Below, one piece after another: positions 44,983 to 56,365 of a DNA stretch of 64,000 nt (the first letter of the stretch is position 1; each line of letters opens with the position of its first letter). The translations under genes were made by a program, and so were the position numbers. Under the pieces are notes generated by a model. That model saw only the letters and a list, made by a program, of their open reading frames with translations. It was not told the DNA's origin and ran no database searches. Source of the stretch: Schizochytrium sp. TIO01 (taxonomy: Eukaryota; Protista; Bigyra: Labyrinthulomycetes); contig SMSO01000031.1 in the NCBI GenBank assembly GCA_004764695.1, positions 4,440,436 through 4,504,435 of the forward strand, written 5' to 3'.

Positions 44983-47695
44983 ATGACAACCAAGACCGCA
45001 TTTGCGGCAGTGCTCGTGCTACTTGTGGCTGTTCTCGAGCCTGCTCAGGTACGAGGTGATATCTATCTTCACAACCCGCGTGGAAGCAACAATCGCAATT
45101 GTAAGTAAAAGTCAATACCCAAGGATTAACATGAGGCCATGGTTTCGATGCAAAAGTGAGGTAGTTCATAGCACAGCACATGCACGCTAAGACCACATCG
45201 CTAAGCTGAATGGAGGTAGGCGAAGTGGGCTCGAAGAAACCTGCAAACCTACTGACCAGGGAAAGTCGATCATGATGCAATTCATAGAGACAGAACACTA
45301 ACTTAATACTGTAAACCACACAGGCCAGGACAGCGATAGCAAGGACAACGGCGACAACACCCGACTTTTCGACAGTGAAAACAATGACAATGGCGGCTAC
45401 AACTGCCCTCGTGCATATCCGTTTGCATGTTACGAGGATGAAGATACCCTCACAACATGCCAAGCTATCAACTCGAATCTTACAGATGATGAGGCGAAAG
45501 CCCAGTTTGACGAAGACGGCAATCTAGTCACTGACGGCGCTGTGAATACAGATCGCATGTACTATTACAGTGGGTCTAAACTTCCCATCGAGTGGACATG
45601 TCAGCACGGTTTTGGCCCAAACCCCGAACTGCACTCACAAATTGTCATTCAGTACGCCTGCGAGGATACGCTTAGTGACAACTGTGGACTTACAGCCTCT
45701 GCTACTGATGATGTTTGCGCTTCCCCCTTTTACCCGGATTCTTCGATCGACTCCACTTGCACACTACGAGATGGCACTCCAATTTCAATCACATCTGTAG
45801 AGAACTCCAAGCGAGATGTAGAAGCTGAAGAGCGCATCAGCGATTCAACCACAGACTTGTCAAACCAAGATGATCTTCGCTATGGCCGTCACGAAACTCT
45901 GAACTACTATAATGAGTGTAAACTACGTGAGCGTAACAAAGGTCTTTGGGTTTCAGATCAAAGTGTGAGTAGTACCACTGGAGCCCGCGCCACCCGCCAG
46001 GATCCCAACGGGAACCAGCGCTACGGACTCGAGTGTCCTGAAGAGGCACATTACTACCCGTACTGGCATTGGAGCCCCTGGAAGGATGTTGCCGTGGTGG
46101 TTGAGGATGACTCCAAGTGCGATTACTTCAAGGCCCAGTCGCAAAATGTTAAGTCTCGTAACCGATGCGTTTGTCCTGATGGAGTTTGCACTTCCTCTGG
46201 GTCCCAGCCTAACAATGAGCGTGCTTGTATTGCCATTGATGGAACGTGGTGTACTGATGCGGCGCACAACATCGACCCCCCTGAGTGTGTTGTCGGTGAT
46301 TTTACACGACAGAACCACCTCGGTAATGTTGGTGGCACCACAAATGCCAACCGCTATGAATGGACTTTACCTCAAGTTAGCACACGCACCACATGTGTAC
46401 TTCGAGTTCGCTACAATATCTCTACTACTGATGGAATTCAGGATGGTATGGAGGTGACGGTCGACGGTACATCCGCATACAATGTTGGAAGCCCGTCGCC
46501 ACTTTATGACAATGATAATAACGAAGATAAAACGTACATTGACATTGCTGGCCTGAACTCTGGTGCAACGTTGGGATACGCTATCAACACGAATCAGTAT
46601 GGTCGAACCTTTCAGGATCGAACTTACACCTTCGATATCGTGCCCGCATCCGAGGCAGGTGAATGTGCGGATAGCACGATTTATAACCTCAATGTGCGTG
46701 GTAAGCGTGGCAACATTGTCCAGGCTTATCCAGCTGTGGAGTATGATTTTGTTCCAAGCAAGCTAACCGTCACAGACAAGGATTGTGTGCATGTTCAATG
46801 GACTGGGTCTGACTATAATCCGAGCCGCAATGGCAATGATGCCGAAGGCGGTCCACGTAACCCTGGCAACCTGGCCCGTACTACCGCGGATCGCTCCAAC
46901 CTTGTGCAAATGTCGAATGCAGGCGAGAACTTTGCTCTTGCAGATGTGACCAAGATGAATATGCTCGACATTTCCACAAGTCAGTGGGCTCGCTTGATCT
47001 TCATTGACCAGGAGTATGATAATCCTGATAAATGTTGGTCCTTTGAAGACATTGATGCCGAGTTTACAAATAGGGCTGATCGCGAAGAGACTCACTACAA
47101 CTGTATGAAGCTTTCTGGTGCTCGTACTCCCTACTTTGACCTTGGTGCAGTTCGTACTGGAGAAATTGGTACATACAAATATATGTCAACACGGAATAAC
47201 AACTTCTCAAACCGCGGTCAGAAGGGCACTCTCACGGTTGTGCGTGGTGGTTTGCACCCCGCAGCAATTACTGCCATTGCACTTGTTGGTGTTGCTGCCG
47301 CTGGTGGACTCTTCTTTATCTACAGACGTCGTCGAAATGGAAAGAATATCTTGCCGAGCCGCTTCCAGCGGACAAATCCGGCGAACACTTCTCTGAGTGG
47401 AAGCACTACGACTGCCGCTGCTGCAGGAGGTTTAACTGCTTTGGGTGCTGGTGCTGCGGCATTCGGGTCGAAACTCTTCAAAAGTAGCTCACAAGCTACA
47501 TCAGATGTTGAAGGCGACTTTGTGGTAGCCACCTACCCGCATGTTGCCCAAGAGCCTGGCGAGCTGTCATTCGCCAAAGGTGACCATATCAAGGTGCTCA
47601 ACCGTGACACCTCTGGCTGGTGGGAAGGAGAGGCCCACGGAGAACGCGGTGTCTTCCCAGCCAACTATGTCCGTACTCTTTCCAACAAATCTTGA
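44983..47695 (+). CDS. DD3-3-family protein with signal peptide, single TM helix and C-terminal SH3 domain; 2 exons (44983-45100, 45324-47695)
   Basis: Exon 1 encodes a signal peptide + DIYLHNPRGSNNR. Exon 2 has RLFDSENNDNGGYN, IEWTCQHG, YGLECPEEAHYYPYWHWSPWKD, NHLGN, CVLRVRYNIST, NTNQYGRTFQDR, IYNLNVRGKRGNIVQAYPAVEYDF and STRNNNFSNRGQKG, all DD3-3 hallmarks as I recall them. TM at ~47261-47323 followed by RRRR. SH3 ELSFAKGD...GWWEG...GVFPANYV at ~47516-47675. Confidence 0.88.
45101..45323 (+). other. Spliceosomal intron (223 nt) in the DD3-3-like gene
   Basis: GTAAGT donor, ACTAAC branch point near 45297, ACACAG acceptor. Splicing preserves the frame and joins two conserved blocks. Confidence 0.88.
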
Positions 47696-48178
47696 ATTTT
47701 CTAAAATCACACACTATATGTTTTGTCTTTCTGTTGCCATCATCTTCTCCACGTTTTACTTTAAAAATTAGAACCTCCTGGCCCTTATTTTGATGATGTC
47801 GAGCTCTTGTTCCACGGACCCCACCTCTCACGCCTCATTTTTACATTTCCAAACCCCAGATGAACAGGACTTCAGTACCTACTGTCCCGACATCAATATA
47901 TATATTCAGATGACAACTGTGTATCCCCTCGCCGTCGCTCGTTTCTGAAAAAGTGCCTAAAGTTCCTTCTACTAAATGGAAAATGTACACCATGTTCAAG
48001 TTCTTTGCAAATTGAGCATAGCCCAAAGTAAAGAGAACAGAACGGGGAGAACACGAGCGACAGGTGAGCGAGCTTGTTCGGCTCGCTGAAGTGTCAGGCG
48101 GAATCGAGTGGTGCGAGGGACCGCAATACCGATTGTGATTCCGTGCGCGAGAACTGCGATACTTCAACTACAAGCGCA

Positions 48179-49609
48179 ATGGGAAAGAAGAGGACGCGCG
48201 AGGCCGATGTCGAGCCTGAGGTCGAGCTCGTGAAGGAGAAGAAGGCCAAGAAGGAGAAGAAGGAGAAGAAGGAAAAGAAGGAAAAGAAGGAAAAGAAGGA
48301 GAAGAAGTCCAAGAAGGACTCCAAGAAGGACGAAGAAGTCGAAGATGTTGACATGACGGAAACCAAGGCAAACAAAAGTATTGTGGAGACCAAGAGCGCT
48401 CCCACAAAGCAAGTTCTTTCTAAGGAGGCCGAGATCCTTAAAATGCGCATTGAAAAGTTTGAGAAAAAGCTTGCCTCAAATGAACACGATCTGCGCATCC
48501 AAAACAAACTTAACTCGCTTAAGGAGCAGCTTGAGGAGGAGCTTGCCAAACCCCAGCAGGAACCTGACGCACACTATGACGAGGACGATGGCGAAGACGC
48601 AGCCCAGGGTGAAGTTCCTGCTGAGATCGACCCTAGCACAGTGAGCGAAACTATCTTTGTCGGCGGTCTTCCTTACAACGTGGACGAGGAGACTTTGCTC
48701 CAAGTTTTTCACGATTGTGGTGAGGTTCAGGCAGTTCGTTTTGGTCACGACGCTGCTGGTGAATTTAAACGCTACGCTCACATTGACTTTGACTCAATTG
48801 AGAACGCCAAAAAGGCGCTCGGGAAGGTGGGCGAGCGCATCTTGAAACGCAAGATCCGTATCGAGCCCGCAGCTCGTGGCGCTGGTGGTGCCGCTCCTGC
48901 TGGCGGTAACGCTGAAAGCGATTACATCGAAGACTTTGAAGGAAACAACAAGAAACATCAGAAGAAGGAACGCAACGCCAATACTCATGCCGCCAGTGTG
49001 CCAAAGACTTTCGTCGCGCCAACTGAGCCTGCTGCGAACCCGGATAAGGTGAACCGTTGCTTCGTAGGCAACTTGCCGTTTGGTATTGACGAAACTACTC
49101 TCAACGCTGCATTTGAGGAGCACGAGATCCAACCGTCCTATGTGAACTGGGTGAATGATCGTGAGACCGGTAACTTTTACGGAAGCTCCTTTGTGGTCTT
49201 CAACACCGCAGAGGATGCTGCATGGGCCGTGGCGTACTCTAACGCTGGGTTCTGCATTGAAGGTCGTCCGATTCGCATTGAGTACTGCCCTCACCGTAGC
49301 CGTGCCAAGGGCAGTGGTGGTGCTAACCGTAAAATCGATGAGCCGAGCAAGCGTCCAGAGGGTGGTACTAAGGCTGTATTCTTTGGCAACCTTTCCTTTG
49401 ACCTTGACCCGTCCGGCGAGCAAATCCACGAGTTTTGCAAGCCATTCGGCGCCATCAAGGCCCTCCGCTGGATTGAAGACAAGCAAACCGGTCAGTTCAA
49501 GGGTGCTGCCTTTGCTGACTTCTATTCCGAGCTCGCTGTGGACCAAGTTGTAGAAAAGCTCAATGGCCAAAAGCTTCTTGGCCGCCCTGTTCGCGTTGAC
49601 TATGCATAA
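48179..49609 (+). CDS. Nucleolin/Nsr1-like nucleolar RNA-binding protein: KKE repeats, acidic region, three RRMs
   Basis: (KKE)n tract. RNP2/RNP1 pairs IFVGGL/KRYAHIDF, CFVGNL/YGSSFVVF and VFFGNL/KGAAFADF, ending GRPVRVDYA. ATG at 48179; strong codon bias. Confidence 0.88.
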   Translation: MGKKRTREADVEPEVELVKEKKAKKEKKEKKEKKEKKEKKEKKSKKDSKKDEEVEDVDMTETKANKSIVETKSAPTKQVLSKEAEILKMRIEKFEKKLASNEHDLRIQNKLNSLKEQLEEELAKPQQEPDAHYDEDDGEDAAQGEVPAEIDPSTVSETIFVGGLPYNVDEETLLQVFHDCGEVQAVRFGHDAAGEFKRYAHIDFDSIENAKKALGKVGERILKRKIRIEPAARGAGGAAPAGGNAESDYIEDFEGNNKKHQKKERNANTHAASVPKTFVAPTEPAANPDKVNRCFVGNLPFGIDETTLNAAFEEHEIQPSYVNWVNDRETGNFYGSSFVVFNTAEDAAWAVAYSNAGFCIEGRPIRIEYCPHRSRAKGSGGANRKIDEPSKRPEGGTKAVFFGNLSFDLDPSGEQIHEFCKPFGAIKALRWIEDKQTGQFKGAAFADFYSELAVDQVVEKLNGQKLLGRPVRVDYA

Positions 49610-50003
49610 GAATTATTCGCACTCATATATTCAGAAATTTTTTACTTTCAAAAGCGTGGTTTCTCTTGCATGGGTTCATCTCGTTTTATTTCATCATTCC
49701 TCTTCTATAGTTTTTTTTTTTTTAATTTTTTTCAAGAACACGATAGGTCTTCTTTCATCTACATCTTTCATTTCTTCCTAAGCTGAAGCAACGAAACAAA
49801 ATCTCAGGTCTTGTCTATTCTTACTTGGGAAAAGAAGGAGCAAAATAAATAAATAAGTGAATAAATTAAACTCTATCAGAGAAAGGTTTTTGGATCCAGC
49901 CTACTATTTCTCGCTGGAAGACTAAAATATGCATGAGTAGTAGACTAGCAGAAGTGAAATGCATCTGTGATTCCGCTCTGCACACATGCGAAATAAATTA
50001 AGC

Positions 50004-51635
50004 TTAAACGCTGTTGTGTCGGCACACAGGAGGAGCAAGATAGACTTGGCGCGGCATGAAGCGTGGTCCTGCCATAGCAATGCGAAGAGGGCGGCCACAG
50101 CACAAGGGGTCTCCAAAAGTAAAAAGACGACCGTGGACATCAAGTGCAGCGCTATGACGACCACCGCACACAACGTGAACAAGCTCAGGCTTTAGATGCG
50201 CCATCTCTCCAGGGCAGATTTCCTGAGGTGAATTGGTTGCCCAGAAGGAATTTTCTTTACCATCCTGGTTGTGAGAACCATTGCCAAAAGTCACAACGCG
50301 ACCATTGGTTGTAAGCACAGCAGTGTGAGCAGTACCGCATGACATGGCCAGGGCAAACGGATTTGCAGCAGGAAGCCGAACCTTTGTAGGCTGAAAGATT
50401 GCACGTTGGAAGCGGCCAATGCCAAGCTCGCCATGGCGACAAGAGCCCCACATGTAAAGAGCTCCGGAAGCACTAATGAACCCAGAATGCTTACCACCAG
50501 CAGCAATGTGCATGATGTCTTCACTAAGGGCAGACTCAGGCATAGCCACAAGCCGAGGGACTGCCGAATCACGGTGAAGAGCTTTATCTCGCTCGAAGTC
50601 GTTTCGGGCATCCGCAGCGCTTGCCAGGTTCGATTCAAGACCAAGTTTGCCATCAGTGCCCCCACCAACCGCAAACAGGCGGTTGCGGTTTGAAAGCAGC
50701 AAAAGGTGCTCTGCACCCGCGGCAAGTTGCACGATGCGTTCATCGGATTCAATGTCACCTCTAGCCAGGAGCTGCTTGTCGGCTTGCAACTCGCAGTCGA
50801 GTCCTGAGCCAAATATGGCAATCTCGCCGGACGAGGTAATCGCTGCAGTGTAAAAACGACCAGCGACAACCTGGACGAAGCACGGCGCGCTGATTCCGTT
50901 GGTTGCAATACCTGTCGTGATGGGCTCAAATACTGCAGAAGGTTGGTTGTCCTCAGTAGCACGACCAAGCTGGCCTGCAGTATTGTTGCCGCAAGTCAAG
51001 ATGCGTCCAGAAGATGTCAGGGCTGAGGTGTGCTGAGCACCACAGGCGACGCCAACAAAGGTCTCGCCAGGTGGTGCTGCAATGCGGACTGGGACCACAG
51101 AGCGCTCAAGCTCACCGTTTCCGAGCTGCCCAGAGCTACCGTCGCCGAATGTATAAAGACTGGAACCCATATTTTGGATGACGCAGGTGTGGCCTTCTCC
51201 GCAGGTCAAAGTTGTGGCGTAGGTCTCCTGGCGACTGTTGCACAACACGTGCAAGAGGCGTGCCATAGATGGTGTGCCAAAGCCACGTGGGCGTTCAAGA
51301 AAGTGGGCTGCAATAGGCAAGCTTTGAATGTCATTGTCGCTATCCATAGCAAGCACACAGCGAAGTTGTTCTTCGCAGAACCGATCAACAACTGCTTTAA
51401 TACCGCGGTTCACCTGGGCAAGGTTGGCCAAATCTTTGGCCGAGAGAAACTTCATCAAGAAGATGACAAGCTCGACAGGTGCTTGGTTTCCCAGGAGCGG
51501 GAGGAGTTCATTGGCCTGAATTTGGGGAGCAACGCGAGCAACCGTCACTTCGTACGCAGCTCGAGCAACAACACGACGTGCTGCTGGGGGCTCGAGGGTG
51601 CTGCTATCACTAGATCGTCCAAGCCATGCAAGCAT
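50004..51635 (-). CDS. F-box protein with RCC1/BLIP-II beta-propeller repeats
   Basis: F-box APVELVIFLMKFLSAKDLANLAQVNRGI. Repeats CGEGHT..TFGDGSSGQLG, CGAQHT..CGNNTAGQLG, AGRFYT, AGAEHL..GGGTDGKLG, AGGKHS..WGSCRHGELG, CGTAHT and CGGRHS. Confidence 0.9.
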   Translation of the reverse strand: MLAWLGRSSDSSTLEPPAARRVVARAAYEVTVARVAPQIQANELLPLLGNQAPVELVIFLMKFLSAKDLANLAQVNRGIKAVVDRFCEEQLRCVLAMDSDNDIQSLPIAAHFLERPRGFGTPSMARLLHVLCNSRQETYATTLTCGEGHTCVIQNMGSSLYTFGDGSSGQLGNGELERSVVPVRIAAPPGETFVGVACGAQHTSALTSSGRILTCGNNTAGQLGRATEDNQPSAVFEPITTGIATNGISAPCFVQVVAGRFYTAAITSSGEIAIFGSGLDCELQADKQLLARGDIESDERIVQLAAGAEHLLLLSNRNRLFAVGGGTDGKLGLESNLASAADARNDFERDKALHRDSAVPRLVAMPESALSEDIMHIAAGGKHSGFISASGALYMWGSCRHGELGIGRFQRAIFQPTKVRLPAANPFALAMSCGTAHTAVLTTNGRVVTFGNGSHNQDGKENSFWATNSPQEICPGEMAHLKPELVHVVCGGRHSAALDVHGRLFTFGDPLCCGRPLRIAMAGPRFMPRQVYLAPPVCRHNSV

Positions 51636-52297
51636 TTTCGCAGCTGCCTTTGTGGTTTTCTACTTTGAGAAGCTTATGGGCAGAGCTACGCCTACCGAAA
51701 CGACCCAAACTTTGCGAAACTCCACGAGTTCCACGCAGCAAGTTCTCTTCTTCTTCTTCTTCTTCTTCTTCTTCCTCTTCCTTTTCTCTCTTCCAGACGC
51801 GATTGAAGCAGCAGCCAACTCTCTAACAGAGCCTGGCCGCTTTGTCAAACCGACGCCTTCTGTCCGGCAAGTACCGTGTTGCCTCGTGACCCTGGCCTGG
51901 TCTTCTTCTACAAGGACCTGCGCTGCTCGACTCAGTTCGCGCGTCAAGCAGCACGTTGATACTGAGCAAGTAAATAAACTAAACAAGTGAACAAGCAACT
52001 AACTGGCAAGTCCTCGAACCTGGACGGAGCCGAGTTCTCCGCCTGTTATTATATTATTCCAGTCGTATTCCTCGCGCGAGCTGGGCTTCCGCTTACTGTG
52101 ACCCCGCGTCGTCTCTAGCGAGCGAGACCGTGCAATCGGGCAGTCAGGCAGGCAGTCCGTTTCGGTTTTGCTGGAGGCCTGTCCGGTTTACTCGGGTTTT
52201 CCAAGTTCCTCGATTCTTTCTTTTTCCCGCCTCCTTTCTGTTTTCGTTTCTTTTCTTTCGGCTGTTTCCTTTCCTTTTCTCTCCTTCCTTTTCCCCT

Positions 52298-52720
52298 CTC
52301 TCTCTCTCTCTCTCTCTCTCCCCAAAGCCTGTGTTTTCTTGCTTTTGTACCTCCTCCGTTCTCTGCTGTCCCTCCAAATGCTGAGCAACAAGAACAGTGC
52401 TCATCATTCTTCGCCGCGACGGTGAATCGTGGTCAATCGCACGATCGATCGATCGATCAATCAATTAAACAAGCAAGCAAGCAAACAAGCAAAAGCAAAC
52501 AAACCAAGCATCGAGCTCTTTGCACAGCTTGAAGACCTCGGTCGCAGCTGGCAGTACCAGCAGGTGCCGGAAAGTAGCAGTTTCCACGAGCTGAGAGAGC
52601 CCGAAAGAACGAGAAGAACGCCGCCAATTATGCTACAACTACAGAGCGAGAGCACATCTTCTGTTTATGAATGAATGTGTACGTATATGTATGTATGTAT
52701 GTATGTATCTATCTATCTAT
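52298..52720. repeat. Microsatellite cluster upstream of the F-box/RCC1 gene: (CT)n, (GATC)n, (AAGC)n, (ATGT)n, (ATCT)n
   Basis: Directly visible arrays. Confidence 0.85.
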
Positions 52721-53984
52721 CGTATACACATCGAACCCAACCAATATTGAACTACCTGAACCCCCGCCATCAAAACAAACTCCGACTTTCTTCGTCTCTG
52801 ACTGAGCCCAGTTTTGGAGAGCACCTCGGCAGCTTGAAACACGGGTCTCTCTGCCTCTTTGACTGTCTGTCTAAGCACTCGATCCCTCCGACGGAAGGCA
52901 TCGCATTGGCTTCGATTGAGCTCAGTTTTTATTCTTTCGTGCACAAAACCAAATGGAGGTTTTGAAGCTTTTCAGTTCTCTCCGTTTCCTTTGATCGCTC
53001 ACCTTTTCTCGAGGTTCAGTTGGGCGGGAAATCGACCGGCCGAACGAGCTGTGTTTTAGTCCCGCCTTAATAACCAGTGTCTTTAATATGCTGTAAGATC
53101 CGGATTTAAGGAATGTTTTTTATATATGGGGTAGTAAGGGAACGGAAGCGCCCCGGATGCTACTGTAAAGGAAGGCTTAAGAACGTGGCTGTGGTTGTGT
53201 TTTGGTCTGTCACTCATGGCCTTTTTAAATTAAAAGCTTTTTTTTTGTTTCTTTTTTTTTGTTTCTTTGCTTTTTGCTTTTGCTTTTGCTTTTGCTTTTT
53301 TTGTCAAATTTTCCATCCCTCGTCGCTTCGTTCTTTGAGGTTTGAGCGAGCTCATCGCACTTTGTTGTGGACGTAGTAGAGAGATGGAGTTTATTTGAAG
53401 TAGATCGAAGATGGGGCCGGACATTGATAGAAACTGGCAACACGCATGCCTTGCCCCTGCGTTGGTGCAGACCGTCGAAGGTCGCTTGATCGCACTCTGG
53501 AAAACGTGTACCTAAACTGTCGAAGCAGCCTCGAAAAACGCAAAATCCACTTGCTCGAGGCGCCTTGTACTTCTTTAGCTAATTTGCACATTTGAAGAAA
53601 CTTCTGAAGATATAGTTTGATACTTTCCTAAGGCCATAGTCATTTCTCCATATCAGTTCAACTCCAAATACTCGCAGAGAAATTACCTCTTCAAAGGTGA
53701 GAGGATCTGCTCATATGTACCCACTCCTTCTTATTAGAGAGCTTTCTTTGAAGAGTACGGTTTTATTTCTAGCACCCAGATCTTATAGTTGATTTCCAAA
53801 TACACCCCGGGCCCCGTTCTCGCTGTCTTCGTCCTCCTCAATGAAGATGAATGATTAAATCATCTAAAGGTTCAATGTATCTTGCCCAAGCGTCGCCTTT
53901 CACATCCACGAGATCAATCTTAAGCTCAGTCCCACTCACTCACCTCTGAAGCTCCCTGACAGCTAGATCTTCGTATCTATGCCA

Positions 53985-54600
53985 TTATCGCAATGATAGT
54001 TCTTTCTGCAGAATACTCACTGCCGGTGTGAAGTCTAGTTTCTCTTCGCAGCAGGAGTGGTGAATTGGGCCTAAGTTATGCTTCCTGCCGGCAAGCTTGC
54101 TGCTCAAGGTGCCACTAGGCCTCAGACTTCGCGTCTTGCCAATGACACGTAAGTCAATTGTCCGCTGCCTTTGTCGCCAGCGCATTTGCACCAGTTTCGA
54201 ACGGCCGCAGTCATCCGCCACGGTCTCAGAGTTAGCGAGGAGGAGCAAAGAAAGCCCAGGAAGAACTTGAAGTTGAAGACCCGCGTACATGTGTTCCTTG
54301 GTTCCTACTGAGTCGGTTCTGTAGTTTCTCGCCAATCTCGATGTCTCCGCCAGAGTCTTAAAGCCATAATGGCTCTCGTCCCCTTTGATGATTCTTCTTT
54401 CGTTTCCCTTTTTTATTTCTTCGATTCTGCTCTTTTCAGGAGGTGCGCAAATGGACCCATAAAACGTCTGCAGCCAGCCGCCAGCCAGCACGGAGGGCTT
54501 GGGCAACCAGTGGGCGAGAATTTGGCCCAAGGCAAGAGGCACGAGGAGGAACAGCCGCTGAATGGCGAGGAGTAGCGAGCAACGACCGCGATTTATTCAT
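53985..54600 (-). pseudogene. Possible short or decayed gene of unknown identity
   Basis: Stop-free frame of about 200 codons. ATG at 54600 is one base out of frame, and the N-terminus is signal-like and hydrophobic. No family recognised. Confidence 0.2.
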
Positions 54601-56365
54601 CCTCCTCCTCGGTAGTGGATGAGGGACTGTTCTTCTGTTGGCGAGATTTAGAGGTAGCCGCAGCTTTTGCTTTTGTACGTATGTTAGTAGCTCTTAGTAA
54701 TGCATAATATATATATATCATGATATTTTTTTTTTTTTAAAAAAAATTATTTAAAATCTCTTTTTAAGCGGAGATTCCTTCTATTATTTTCTTAGTTTCT
54801 TTTTATAAGAAATTACAAGAAAGAAAAAAAAACGAAGATCTGAAGAAAGGGAAAACGTAAGTAAGTATTTTGTTTATTCAGTCCCTGATCGTTCCGGATT
54901 AGAGCTGTGATTTGCACCACTTTCTGAAAATCATTTGCTGAGGTCTGATTACTGGGTGCTACATGACGATCGGTTGTGCTGGTGTCTATCTCTAGACCGC
55001 GTATTGCTGCTGGTTATGCCGTGCAAGATGCTGCGTTAGCGCCAGTTTTCGTTTATTATCGAGAATGTGCCGACTAGCGCATGGGCAGATGCTCAGATAC
55101 GCTGCTCCTTTGCAAGCACATTTCGTGTTTTAGAGTTCCTGCAGCATTGACTATGAATGCCTTACTCTTGCTATTACAATCCGGACGCGTGAGTAAATCA
55201 AAATAGAGGTTCGCGATAATTGGGCTGTCTCTTAATCTTTGCTGGAGTGAAGTTATGTCTTGAATTTCGACCGATCATGCCGCCAAAAACTCAAATTTGG
55301 TCTCCTGCAGCTTGTAAGAGGTGGATTCGCTAACTTAGATCGACGCAAGGACCCATGGTCGGTCCAAAACAGCGTGCTTCAAAAGCCATCCCAATATCCG
55401 CAGGTTACGGGTGGAATGGCCCCAAATCTCCCGTGCTCTTCAACTCTGAAAGTATCATCTTGACTGACTGAACTGCCCAAATTGTACGTTGTCCGCGTTG
55501 CGCTGATGGGATGCCGGTGCCTAATTCTCTTAGACGCGGCTCTCTTTCGATCAAGATCTGAGCTCGCCTGCTTCTGTGCCAGTGCATTTCACAAAATCCA
55601 CTCCACGTGCGGAGTTCGAGGGCTCGATAGCAATCGCAACTGCTTTCAACGGTGCTCTATAATCCTCGCGGCCGAGGAACGCAGCCTGTAGGAGGGCATT
55701 TGTTGGTGATCTTGAACAGGCAGGCTTCGCTATAAATGTGCCATTTCAGATGGTTTTCGCACGCAGAAGAGGGAAATAGTTGAACTTTGGACTATTCCTC
55801 GTACACACGCACTTCGTCGAATGTGGCAAAAATAGAGAACGGAGAAGCCACCGATGACAGCCACCCAAATCCACGCTCGGCGTGAATAAAAATGCACGGC
55901 CGTAGCCGCTTAGGCGCTTGCCAAACCAGTCGAATTTGTATAGACAAGCGGTGCGCAGGTACCGTCAATTTCGTGTTGTATGTGATGTTTCACAAAACTT
56001 TTTCTAGGTTTTCATTTTGCAATTTCGTGAAATTAAAAGAAAAAGAAACAAAAAAAAAAGAAAAAAAAGAAGACACCTAACACTTGAACTAATTCGGTTC
56101 ATCGATTCACAGACAGACAGCACAGTAAACAAACTCAAAATCAGGAGCCACAACTCGTTCTCTTGTACAACACAGTTGGTTTGATGAAGAGAGAAACATG
56201 GCTCCCTGGCCTCGTTAAACTTTAGGCCTCAGTTGCGGAGCGTGAGCATCAACGAAATGGAGACAGACACCCATCCATGCTTGGTGCAAATGAGAATTGT
56301 TACAAGATGGCACCTAGTACACATTTAGTAATAGGAACCCACTCCACTCTAGAGGTAGAAAGTGA

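Noticed and set aside
48794-49570. 258-aa antisense ORF over the RRM gene
   Set aside because: Codon-bias shadow of a highly expressed gene.
50004-51635. UVR8 photoreceptor
   Set aside because: Lacks the GWRHT tryptophan motifs and has an F-box.
54430-54500. LAGGWLQTFYG resembling the GHLQT motif of ABHD1-3/YheT hydrolases
   Set aside because: No GxSxG or other alpha/beta-hydrolase motifs follow in the frames examined.
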